A DNA stretch of 64,000 bases from positions 26,522 through 90,521 of the forward strand of contig JBHPIO010000004.1 in assembly GCA_042568575.1 (NCBI GenBank), written 5' to 3'. A model generated the notes under the pieces. That model was not told the DNA's origin. It made no database searches and saw only the letters and a program-made list of their open reading frames with translations. The translations under genes were made by a program, and so were the position numbers. The stretch comes from Patescibacteria group bacterium (GTDB lineage Bacteria > Patescibacteriota > Gracilibacteria > UBA1369 > PNNO01). This document shows positions 52,501-60,182 of this stretch, piece by piece. How positions within the stretch are numbered: the stretch's first letter is position 1; each line of letters opens with the position of its first letter.

Positions 52501-55500
52501 AATGACTCCGGCAGAGCCGTTGTAGAGCTCGGGTCTAACAGAGCTACTGCTTCCATATCGACTATGGAAGTAGCCGTCTATATCCAAGGTTCCATAATTA
52601 TCTAAATCACAATCGTCATTTAAGTTGACGTAACCAGAAGCATAATCCTGATTAAGTTCGGCTCCGGCTGCGATGTTTACATTACCTCCATTATAAACAC
52701 GTAAATAATTTGTCAAACTGTTAAGTCCTGCGGTATCGATGTTTAGATATCCCAAATTGTATACATCGATAATGTTGTAAACATTCATGTATCCATCGTT
52801 TTCGAAATTTCCACCTTCGTCTACACTGTCTCCCATGTATAAATTATTTGTGTAAAAGGCTGAGCCGGAATTATTATCCCAGTCTCCTTCGCTCACATTT
52901 GCGTTGTAATAAAGATAAGTAGTTCCTGCTACATAAATGTAATCACTGTTTTCCACATGCCCACCTGTTGGTGCGCCATCCGTATCACCTATGTACCAGT
53001 TCCCGGAAATAGTTAAACTTCCGCTAGTGGCACTTACTGTAGTGTTTCCACCATCAAATAAATATGCGCTTCCAACAACATCCAGGTCTCCCTGAACCAA
53101 AACGTATCCTCCCAGAGGAGATCCGTCTGCATCTCCCTGATACAAAGTAGTTACGTCAAGAAGCCCTCCTGCATCAACATCCAGCGTGGCCCCGTTATCA
53201 ACATACATTGTGTTGTTAACATCCACACTTCCTGTATCACGCACGTTAAGACTTCCACCACTTCTGATATCTACGATACCGGAGAAAGTACTTTGTCCTC
53301 TTCCATCAAAATATGGAGTTCCTGTTGAATATACGTTCATTGCTGCGCCGTAGATTCTGGCGTAGCCGGAGGCATAATACCAAGTTCGTACACTTCCGTA
53401 GGCATAGAGTGTTCCATATATGTTTACGGTCCCACCATCAGAGCCGGATCCTACTTGGAATACTCCGGTATTATATACATAAGTTGATGAATCATGCCTT
53501 GATGATGCATCTTGATAAGTGTAATGATACGCACCATCCCATATAATGTATGTACTTTGTGTTCTCATATACGAGGTGCCTCTATTATAAACTCTCCCTC
53601 CGTTGTAAACATTCACCCCGCTTGTAAATGTGACGCTTGCTGAACTCTGAAGAGTCAAAGTTCCATAAATATCACCACTGCTATATGTGTAAGTTCCTCC
53701 TGTAATTGTACAAGTGTTTCCTGCCGAAATGTTAAGTGCGCCACTTCCTCCGTCACAATCTCCGGAAAGCGCTCCATAAAGAGGGTCTTCTTCTCCCTCA
53801 GGGTAAGCTTCTTCAAGTAATTTTGACCATTCTTCAGGGTCTATTGGGAGCCCATTAAAGTTTGCAACCCCGGGTCCGATTCCATGGTTTTCAAATGCCT
53901 GGATTATTTCAATTATGTGAGGAGTTCCATCTGTAAAATCTTCATTGTCGTCATCTTCAATAATCATTCCATACATGAATGTTTCGAAATGTAATCTGTC
54001 TTGGTAAAGCGTGTTGAGTACAAGACGGTCAGTTTCCGCTGCTCCAATTTCTTCACGTAAATCCCAAAGTGCACCTGAGAAAATGCGACCATCAGAGTGC
54101 GCGTTCCCGGTCATGTCAGTTTGGTAATTTAGTGTATTATCAAGATTTCTGGTTCTGTTTGGAGCTACAACATCTCCCCAAACCGAATCATTGTTTATTG
54201 AGGCTGCGAAGTAGTCCGCAAGCCCTTCACTAATTGCCGCAGATTCCGCCCCCGTAATATTTGGAAGGTGAGTAATATCTTCTACGATAAAGTGGGCATA
54301 TTCATGATATACAATGTCGCTTGAAAGCGCGTAATTTAATTCGTCCGGACAAAGAGACGTTGTTCCACGTCCTATCTCAATTGTTTTTTCTGTGTTGTTA
54401 AACCATGCTCCACATCCGTGAAGGTATTGATCAACAAGTTCTGAGTTAACAGTAATCGGGATGTTGTCGTTCATTTCGAATTGATGAACATCCGCAAAAT
54501 ATTTTCTGATTTTATTCGCGTGATAGAAAGCGTTGATAGCTTCTAGGCTTGCACTGTTTTCATCCCACGTGAAAGGATCTTCAGGGGTTTTATCTTTAAT
54601 TTCAACATTTGAAGTTGCGTCATCATCGTGGACAGTTACGTAAGGGCCGTCCAGGAATAGGCTGTACCATTTTCTATTTGGATTTTCAAAATATCCTTGA
54701 TCGTCTGTGAGAACTTGTGTTGTATCTATATAAACATATTCATCCGGGATTGGTTCTATAATCGGAGTATCGTTTGGTGTTTTTGGGAAAATCTTACCAA
54801 GCACTTGGCTGAAGAAAGTATTTATAACAACGATCTCAGGTTCTTCTGTAGCTGACAGGTCTGCTGTTGCAGCAAAGTCGGCAAGCAGTTCCGTTACAAC
54901 TTCTGGAGAAGCTGGGCTGCTTTCTTCTGGTGCTATTGGTGCTGGGACAGGTGCTGGAGCAGGGGCAGGAACTTCTTCAACCGCAAGGGCGGTAGGTTCT
55001 GCAACGGCTTCTTCTAGCAATACTTCTTCCAGCGTAATTTCATCTTCTAGTGAAACTTCTTCCGGAATTGGCACATTTGGTGATGGCTCTGGAGGAGTCT
55101 CCCCCAAATTAAATTCTGGAAGAGGCGCGTCTGTATCAGGCAAGATTAACGGTGTTGCACCAGGATTATATGGCTGAGGAATACCTTCTTCGTTGTATTC
55201 AATAACGTAGTCTTCTGGATAATCTTCCAGCGGATTTGTTGGCAAAGTATCCTGCAAGCGAATGTCTCCGTATAAATTTACGATTCCGCCATCCATTCCA
55301 CTTACAAGAACTTCCCAATCTCCGAGAGGATTGTGAACGTTTGTGTCGATTCTGTATGTTGGTTTTTTCTTGTAGTAACCCTTGTCAATAAATTCAATTT
55401 TGTCGATATCATCATTCCACTCAAACGCTTCTTTTGCTTTTGTTTGAGCTGTTGCTTCGGACAGCGTAAATTCTATGTTATCAGGGATGTCGTACTTTAG

Positions 55501-56313
55501 ATTGTCGCTAAGAACTAGTAGCTTCTTTTTTTCAGTGAAGACCAGCTTCATTGTTCCATCGAATACTGGAAGTCCATTTTCGTATTGCTGGAAAGTAACG
55601 TACCATTTATTTGCATGGTGTTTGATTTCCGATAAAACTATTTGGATTTTTTTCTTCGATTGTTTTAGCTTGCTTGTGTCTTTGTAGACCGCGATTTTAT
55701 CTTTATTTGGAATGGCCTGTATGTATTTATTTACCATGTTTCGAGAGACACTGTTTGCATCTTCTTCTTTCTTGACTTCTCTTGGGCCAAAATCAACGCC
55801 TACGTTTTCCATTACTAAAATTTCTTCTTCAAATCCTTCGACTTCTCTCTTGATCGATTTAATTTCAATGTCTTGTCTGTTGAATGATTTTTCAAGCTGA
55901 TTTTTTTTGCCCAACTCTATTTCTTCCTCGACTGCATCTGTTACTTCTTCGGGTCCCTCCGTCAGTTCTGCGAGGTCTGCTTTTACGTTTTCATCATGTA
56001 GTTCGATGTTTAAATCTACGTCGCCGCTTTCAAATTCTTCTCTGATTTTGTCTTCTTTTGTTTTCTTGGTTGGGAACTCGATTGGCTTTTTGCTAATCTT
56101 AACTTCTGGCGTTGCTGGAGTTGTTGTTTGAATAACCTGCGCGCCAAACCGTTCTGAAACTAGTTGCGCACTTGGTTCCGCGCATACACTAAAATAAACA
56201 AGAGGCCCAATAATAAGAGCAGCTATGAGACCACCACCGAAGATTTTTTGTATTTTAGCTAGGAGAGCTTTGTGCCTTTCTCGAGCCTTAAGCCAGCCAT
56301 TAAGGTTCCCCAT
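46537..56313 (-). CDS. Giant secreted protein with FTP/PepSY-like propeptide, M4/M36-like Zn metalloprotease, beta-helix-like repeats and C-terminal pilin-like module
   Basis: FQQYENGLPVF; HEYAH (54292-54306), SEGLADYF, H..G.IFSGALWDLR; ends TYDLDTRLIITTNP. Confidence 0.72.
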   Translation of the reverse strand: MGNLNGWLKARERHKALLAKIQKIFGGGLIAALIIGPLVYFSVCAEPSAQLVSERFGAQVIQTTTPATPEVKISKKPIEFPTKKTKEDKIREEFESGDVDLNIELHDENVKADLAELTEGPEEVTDAVEEEIELGKKNQLEKSFNRQDIEIKSIKREVEGFEEEILVMENVGVDFGPREVKKEEDANSVSRNMVNKYIQAIPNKDKIAVYKDTSKLKQSKKKIQIVLSEIKHHANKWYVTFQQYENGLPVFDGTMKLVFTEKKKLLVLSDNLKYDIPDNIEFTLSEATAQTKAKEAFEWNDDIDKIEFIDKGYYKKKPTYRIDTNVHNPLGDWEVLVSGMDGGIVNLYGDIRLQDTLPTNPLEDYPEDYVIEYNEEGIPQPYNPGATPLILPDTDAPLPEFNLGETPPEPSPNVPIPEEVSLEDEITLEEVLLEEAVAEPTALAVEEVPAPAPAPVPAPIAPEESSPASPEVVTELLADFAATADLSATEEPEIVVINTFFSQVLGKIFPKTPNDTPIIEPIPDEYVYIDTTQVLTDDQGYFENPNRKWYSLFLDGPYVTVHDDDATSNVEIKDKTPEDPFTWDENSASLEAINAFYHANKIRKYFADVHQFEMNDNIPITVNSELVDQYLHGCGAWFNNTEKTIEIGRGTTSLCPDELNYALSSDIVYHEYAHFIVEDITHLPNITGAESAAISEGLADYFAASINNDSVWGDVVAPNRTRNLDNTLNYQTDMTGNAHSDGRIFSGALWDLREEIGAAETDRLVLNTLYQDRLHFETFMYGMIIEDDDNEDFTDGTPHIIEIIQAFENHGIGPGVANFNGLPIDPEEWSKLLEEAYPEGEEDPLYGALSGDCDGGSGALNISAGNTCTITGGTYTYSSGDIYGTLTLQSSASVTFTSGVNVYNGGRVYNRGTSYMRTQSTYIIWDGAYHYTYQDASSRHDSSTYVYNTGVFQVGSGSDGGTVNIYGTLYAYGSVRTWYYASGYARIYGAAMNVYSTGTPYFDGRGQSTFSGIVDIRSGGSLNVRDTGSVDVNNTMYVDNGATLDVDAGGLLDVTTLYQGDADGSPLGGYVLVQGDLDVVGSAYLFDGGNTTVSATSGSLTISGNWYIGDTDGAPTGGHVENSDYIYVAGTTYLYYNANVSEGDWDNNSGSAFYTNNLYMGDSVDEGGNFENDGYMNVYNIIDVYNLGYLNIDTAGLNSLTNYLRVYNGGNVNIAAGAELNQDYASGYVNLNDDCDLDNYGTLDIDGYFHSRYGSSSSVRPELYNGSAGVIQVAGQFLMQNYSDFINYNSTTVTGLVTASGSSTLRNADLFDANGTVNIFDTAVLTNYVGGDFQVYDDLYLGDSSGDTASVDNYATITVNGSTSNFLFVYFNTTFTNQSTGIVNVHNTSTSSTDGVILLHSNSATTSNTPVFNNSGTVNTASLQVGFANSGSSFNSVFENNNAATVNVDYSGTSFYPFQIFIEGTFNNDSGARLDVDGRMNITGGVTSSDDAFLNNDSTLCTVDGYAYVGNYGHIDNSGTCVMYDDLRLNTTDGSFANTVNNTSQFTVRHDLVTDGSSRIHNDSAGNFYVYDSIVMSGTSRIDNMSGLFTVDDLVSSDAYITMNDSSRIYTSDESGSATTTTFRVDGTVNVYDSALVAVNSDPVTATYDESNFETDKLHVGYYNSAVDYNDGGSFIMSTEADVDVIDTGTDAFEAYDAGLAIYTYASDTVNDFDVAGTATFRGSADWTTNTSWFNNYRTDAGGNTVSFGNLILEQYAKFDSYSSSLATTTVTGNVQVSGGQLLARQYAFFDIGGNLGVSGTTGDDNGKLYIYNTLSDVDVDGYANIGSEGLMDVRGDLWVAGDFIASGDNAHLLATYPVNRDDGVHTTYGTLSIYSGGDVDLNSGSNGTRFLSLEMQGYTASPDLYIHSSVTLNLTGAHSALATTQSPYCDDVGVDYCSIEVNTGHSITFDSNINIYGEIDVADTANNANIVLSYTGISSGVATINILTDGLLDVNETAGRMYIEYEGLLNVNAAIAPQPLADIEMDVEVQAGGIMQMGGILSQSGATDINANLWNSGDVNLDSAGSTLDVSGTIFTENGGLLENEAGIVNGTYTTGNMFSYNGGVVRGDNAGSPYDSQFFFDNFDNRGTASFMYHVDGISVETNDTGTTTFGSDSYAGSTPTHSIGRVGSPGHIWSDDPGTNVHIYSSIDFETSTTNNTLIGTYSGVITIYDTTTAGVYSLLDLEGGDISTTSSSSIIVNGRIINAGDVYMDDKSSIYFYNPDSSVGYYNTLGTIEMQPPLSGLIGQYTFIDVNANADVRVTSSRTCGSYTCSLEIGTDDPSIARSAKIDVNADGLFRTEDATGDVVLGEWGGIEVDASGYARLGEDASTSRVRVDGYITANGTADIFQPLLIGDGGMVLAGSGVGQVFVDYCTVIGDNGQVYVLDGGVFQTNTESLACPQTVEGASATDGLTILSGVTTDGKLTAADSGASDIDVMGDMSVYGDVDLTATMWINNGDILNKNGGSIIVNADAQAHLRSTDNYDHENGAYLEVGSDLLGNGVGTVTLWGTATFDGEAKIVGNFICDTLLRISANAVGADAVLVDGNWTVDTGTITVLGSTTDIYGELILDGTLNAGDLTVYSGGRIHSGEGNTLAGNDGSYFLINADSVTVNTGGMIGNDTTQAESQYHCATYVGAGSHGGEGANRGAITGGYTYDKTKLTSADYPKYGEASNNADPKCDSYGGGGVRMVVDGNIDIDGDIRADGACGSLDYACGAGGTIIIDHNITHTDTGVTFTGDGYITANGGTTTTAGEYPGGGGRISIDSILLDYPDDGGVTAPSYLFPESRIQAFGGSNTTSSYYAAAGTIMFLGDDNNTEGSLLIKQGGNVPTGAILPQTFIPDTLTSDDYEADRLEASGNARVEYETTPTVEPTSCYELSSATVTGLTSCAPFADKPHILFINNSYTGAGSGTEPYVAGPVDPQDITPNFSIIYVNPEDASAIDKLQIQVDDTSDFTSTIWDYTTAGGIEQSDGSTVVPDDRIRDIVYNEDSTGSALTTATPYYVRARFEDSSGNSGLWSHKDMGNHYNFEITDYMSITDGCSSLMDINDTNAAGRAAGNNLKDTDGDRYGFDACTITVDSTLTASQVLYGMAPNENAFTDGTYIFDPVADCTIDTDGTSPPASDEEYGFVLNNVNASFTVPNDTECSTQPFDSWAVISDGEYQYLHDLELSGSEDQILTAATSLVSKTFDVETHASVNTYTLPVTYDLDTRLIITTNP

Positions 56314-56355
56314 TGATTTTTTTATTTTAAATTTTTGGTCTTTTTATACGTAAAT

Positions 56356-56384
56356 ATTATACCAGTTTTTTCTTCTAGGGTCAA
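56356..56384 (-). promoter_or_regulatory. sigma70 promoter of the giant-protein operon
   Basis: TTGACC-17 bp-TATAAT. Confidence 0.7.
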
Positions 56385-56396
56385 AGGAAATCGGGC

Positions 56397-56440
56397 AAAA
56401 AAATTACCCGATCAAGTCGTGAGACGGCTTGTCGGGTAAT
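56397..56440 (-). terminator. Intrinsic terminator of unit D
   Basis: ATTACCCGA/TCGGGTAAT stem followed by a T run on the minus strand. Confidence 0.75.
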
Positions 56441-56578
56441 CGGGGGATTTTTGGCTTGCTACTGCGTGTTTCCTGTTTTTGGGCAGGTGCGCGTATACAG
56501 AGCCGAAGGTTGGAGGCTTTCAAGAGCAGCCCTTGAAGGGGTTGCCTTAAAGCCTTTTGGCGTGATTTCTAAGCGCTT

Positions 56579-59122
56579 CTAGCGGCGCCGTCGGCGAATG
56601 CCGAGGCCCACTAGGGTGATTAAAAGCACGATGGGGATTGTGCCGGGCATTGAATTACCCGACGTGGAGCAGCCTTCGGAGGAGGTTTTGAGCTTCCATT
56701 CGAATTCGACGAGGCCATGGAGAGGAATGGGCTGCCTGGAACCGTCGCCCGAGATGGTCATGCACTTCTCTTCGTTGTCCTCTTCTCCGGTGAGGCAGAA
56801 ATCTGCCAAGCCTTTGAGGCCGGCTACGATGAGCCAGTCTCCTTGTTGGCCTTTCCACTCGCTGAGAATCTCGGTAGCGCGAATGAAGTTCTCCTGTTCG
56901 ATTTCGGTTACCTGCCTGTTGCCGTGGAAAATTTGCATGCCACGGTTGTTGACCAGGCTGGCTCCCTGCTCGATGACGAACTCTCCTGCCTGCGTGATTC
57001 GCATGCGCGGGAGGGTTCCTTCTTCGGTCGGGAAGAGGTGAATCCAGGCGCCGCCGTCCCTTGTCTTCTGGAGCGTACTTGCGCCGTAGTTGCAGTACGA
57101 GCCTTCCGGTACGGTGACGACGAGGTCGCCTTCGACGATCTGCGCATTGCTGCAATCTTCAGTGAGGGTTTCAGTGTTGAGGGCATAGAGATCTGCGGCT
57201 TGCGGGTCGTTTAGGTCATCGGCGGTCGGATCCGCGTTGGGATCCAGGCTGGCGCCTTCTGGGGCGTAGCCGGGATCACAATATGTCTCGTCAAACCGGC
57301 AGCTTGAAGTGCATAGCAACGTCCCACCTCCCAGGTTCCCCCTGCTTTCGCAGGTTGCACCGTTGAGGTCTTCCGGAATGCTTCCTCCGTCTCCGGGGTC
57401 GCACTCTTCGCCGACGTCGATTTGTCCGTTGCCACAGTCCGCGGTTTCGGTGTAGCAGTTCTCGTCGCAACCGTCGCCGTTGATTCGATTGCCGTCGTCA
57501 CAGTCCTCTCCGGCGTCCACGTTGTTGTCGCCGCATTGCGGCTCGACCGTGGTACAGCTCTGGGTGTTGATAATGCAGTTCTGGTAGCACGAAAGCGTGC
57601 CCGATCCGAGTCCGAGACTCGTACAAGTCGAGCCGCCCATGTCGCTGCCGTCACACTCTTCGTGCGGAAGGTCCGCTACGCCGTCGCCGCAGGTTGCGCA
57701 CTCGTCCTCGATAAACGCATCGCAGGTCGTGTTACACGCAAGCTGGCCGCCGTTGTAGCTCCCGATGGTTTGGCAGATCTCGCCGTTGAGATTTTGGGGA
57801 ATTGAGCTCCCGTCTCCTGGGTCACAGGTCTCGCCGGGATCGATCTGGCCGTTGCCACAGTTGGTGCAGCTCGTGGTGACGAAGCCGTCGCAGGAGGCGT
57901 TACACGCGAGTGTTCCGCCGGCGAAGCCCTCGTCCTGACACGTGCGACCTTTGACGTCGTTGCCGTCGCAGAGCTCTGTTGGGGCGGCGATGCCGTTCCC
58001 GCAGAAGTAGCTGCAGTTGGACGTGTCCACGTTGCATGAACCGTCGCAGGTGAGAGTTCCGAGATCGAAGTCGTACGTCGTGCAGTCCGCGTGATCCAGG
58101 TTCGTTCCGTCACACGTTTCACCGTCCTGCGTTTCCACGATGGTGTTTCCGCAGAATCCTTGTTGGGTCGGGGCCATGTAGCTTACGCCCTCGATGGTCC
58201 CAAAGTTGGCGGCGGTGTACGAGAACAGGTAGTCTCCTGTTTCCGGATCGTAGCCTACGACTTCCGGGTCAGCTCCGCTGTCATCGACAACACAAAGCTG
58301 GTTCTCGGAAAGCGCATTCTCGAGCGGGGCACCTACGTTGATGGTTTGGATGACGGATTGTGCCGCCGTGTCCACCACGTAGAGGTCGGTTCCGGTCGAA
58401 GACAAGGCCACGTAGCTCTCCGAATTGGACATGAAGTCCGTGCTACTGGGGAGAGCCAGGAAGAGCGTTGGTGCAAAGAGCCAGGGTGCCTGCGTTTGAT
58501 ACAGGCTGTTGCCGTCGTTTATCAACAGCATCCCCAGCGTCTCGCTCCAAACCAAACTCTTGGGAGTGGAAAGACTGGCGGGATGTTGTATCGCACCTCC
58601 GGAAGACATGAAGACCGCGAAATTCCACATGTCGTCGAATCCCGCGATAATCGAGTCAGATGTTTCCACTATCATAGAGTATGCAATACCTCCGCTGATA
58701 CCGGAAACCGGATTTGTACAATCTCTTTCGAAGCCGATGAGATACCCGCTTCCCGGACAGATGACGTAAACGATCTCGTCATACGGGGGGAACACGTCGG
58801 TGAAGATGCCGGGTCGGCACACTTCTCCGACGTTGAGGGAGCACTGCGCTCCGCCGTTCGCGAAATCGGTGACGTACACGTTGTTGTCGCCGACACGTGT
58901 TGCGATCGCCATGCTGTTCGAGCACTTGGCCCAGCCGGGGCCGGTACCCATGTTGTCGAGGAACCCCTTCTCGTACCCGTTTCGAACGACGTAAACGCCG
59001 CTCTGATTGGGCATACAGAAGCAGTTCTCCTGGGTTAGGCAGTCCTGCGGGTTTTCGCCCTTGGCCTGCGTCGACACTGACATGATCAGCGCCACCACTG
59101 CAATCGTTGCGAAATTTCTCAC
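56579..59122 (-). CDS. GC-rich secreted protein with Myxococcus-type Cys-rich repeats and a MYXO-CTERM-like sorting signal (unit D)
   Basis: AAGGAG SD and GTG; signal peptide; tandem CG(N/D)G..E.CDG..L.G.TC...G...GTL.C...C repeats; C-terminal SEGCSTSG...IVLLITLVGLGIRRRR. Confidence 0.8.
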   Translation of the reverse strand: MRNFATIAVVALIMSVSTQAKGENPQDCLTQENCFCMPNQSGVYVVRNGYEKGFLDNMGTGPGWAKCSNSMAIATRVGDNNVYVTDFANGGAQCSLNVGEVCRPGIFTDVFPPYDEIVYVICPGSGYLIGFERDCTNPVSGISGGIAYSMIVETSDSIIAGFDDMWNFAVFMSSGGAIQHPASLSTPKSLVWSETLGMLLINDGNSLYQTQAPWLFAPTLFLALPSSTDFMSNSESYVALSSTGTDLYVVDTAAQSVIQTINVGAPLENALSENQLCVVDDSGADPEVVGYDPETGDYLFSYTAANFGTIEGVSYMAPTQQGFCGNTIVETQDGETCDGTNLDHADCTTYDFDLGTLTCDGSCNVDTSNCSYFCGNGIAAPTELCDGNDVKGRTCQDEGFAGGTLACNASCDGFVTTSCTNCGNGQIDPGETCDPGDGSSIPQNLNGEICQTIGSYNGGQLACNTTCDAFIEDECATCGDGVADLPHEECDGSDMGGSTCTSLGLGSGTLSCYQNCIINTQSCTTVEPQCGDNNVDAGEDCDDGNRINGDGCDENCYTETADCGNGQIDVGEECDPGDGGSIPEDLNGATCESRGNLGGGTLLCTSSCRFDETYCDPGYAPEGASLDPNADPTADDLNDPQAADLYALNTETLTEDCSNAQIVEGDLVVTVPEGSYCNYGASTLQKTRDGGAWIHLFPTEEGTLPRMRITQAGEFVIEQGASLVNNRGMQIFHGNRQVTEIEQENFIRATEILSEWKGQQGDWLIVAGLKGLADFCLTGEEDNEEKCMTISGDGSRQPIPLHGLVEFEWKLKTSSEGCSTSGNSMPGTIPIVLLITLVGLGIRRRRR

Positions 59123-59331
59123 GGTCTTGCTCCTTCCGTTTTCCTCCGTCTCGCCATCGAGACATTAAAATTTGCGTTTCCTCTGTTTCGGATATCTTGA
59201 ATCGGGGTTTTCCTCCGTTAAAACCGAATGAATGTTTGCTCCACTTTATCAATGAGCTATCATTTACTCATTTTTTTGCTTGAAATTCTTATATTGCAAA
59301 CAAAAAATAAGCAAATCGTCTGGGGCTTCTT

Positions 59332-59359
59332 ATTATGCATCATTTTCCCAGTTTTGCAA
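59332..59359 (-). promoter_or_regulatory. sigma70 promoter of unit D
   Basis: TTGCAA-16 bp-CATAAT. Confidence 0.55.
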
Positions 59360-59385
59360 CCACATCTGAGGAAAAAACTAGAATC

Positions 59386-59421
59386 AAAAAGAGAACCCGG
59401 CAAGGAGGCGTTTGCCGGGTT
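59386..59421 (-). terminator. Intrinsic terminator of unit C
   Basis: AACCCGGCAA/TTGCCGGGTT followed by CTCTTTTT. Confidence 0.75.
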
Positions 59422-59730
59422 TTGTAACTATTTGTCAGACATATAGCCTGAACGTACAAGGAAGGTCAATGGTCACCACGCTCCCTGAGCGGGAGAAAGA
59501 ACACTGGCGCCAGAAGGACCATAGCATTCATCTGTGAATGGTGCGCCGGCGAATTGCCTTTAGATAGCGCGTTCACAGACAAGAGATTGAAGAGCTGAAA
59601 GGTTGAGCTGTTGAGTTGTGCTCCTGTCCCGTTGCGGGACTTTCCGCCTAAAGATCTACAGGAGTAGATTGAGCAAAGACGGATAATTGAGCTTTGGATC
59701 TATTCAGTTTTTCTGTCTTGCAGAGGTAGC

Positions 59731-60009
59731 TTACGGCTCATCTGCGAAGTAATATGTCATGCCGCTGGTACGGTCTTTCCAGAGATGACCTTTTCCTCGG
59801 CACGTGTCACAGGTGTGAGATTTCCAGCCAGGTTGCACGCAGCCTGGGGGGCTGCAATTTTGCTGAGCCGCGGAGACTCTGCTAACATGGTGGCGTATAA
59901 CGCCCCGTCCGCGACAACCATGGCAAGATACCTTGCGGTACTTTTTTCGAAATCTTTTTTTAGCTGCTTTTTCACGTTTCGCTATCAGCTTCAGATCGTA
60001 TGCAGACAT
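59731..60009 (-). CDS. Small basic DnaJ-type zinc-finger protein (unit C)
   Basis: GGAGG SD before ATG 60009; CHGCRGRG and CDTCRGKG (CxxCxGxG) motifs. Confidence 0.7.
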   Translation of the reverse strand: MSAYDLKLIAKREKAAKKRFRKKYRKVSCHGCRGRGVIRHHVSRVSAAQQNCSPPGCVQPGWKSHTCDTCRGKGHLWKDRTSGMTYYFADEP

Positions 60010-60182
60010 GTGTTGCCTCCAAAAAATAGAACATGTCATTCAACCGTGATTCCCGAAAATTCCTCCTTTTGACTTCGGGAAGTTAAAGCCCTACGTGTAA
60101 ATGAGCGACCATTCGCTCATTTTGTTGTCTACCAATCCGACTATCCGCAAACAATAAAACAAGCAAATGGTATTGGAAGCGC

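Noticed and set aside
56397-56578. Integron attC site after the GC-rich gene
   Set aside because: Bottom-strand G.T bias is attC-like, but no RYYYAAC/GTTRRRY boxes or intI were seen.
58091-59038. 315-aa plus-strand ORF and other overlapping ORFs in the GC-rich gene
   Set aside because: Antisense or frameshifted shadows, expected where high GC depletes stop codons.
59578-59720. Rod-shaped hairpin as 6S RNA or retron msr-msd
   Set aside because: It lacks the 6S motifs found at 29236-29384, and no RT is nearby; kept only as an unexplained structure.
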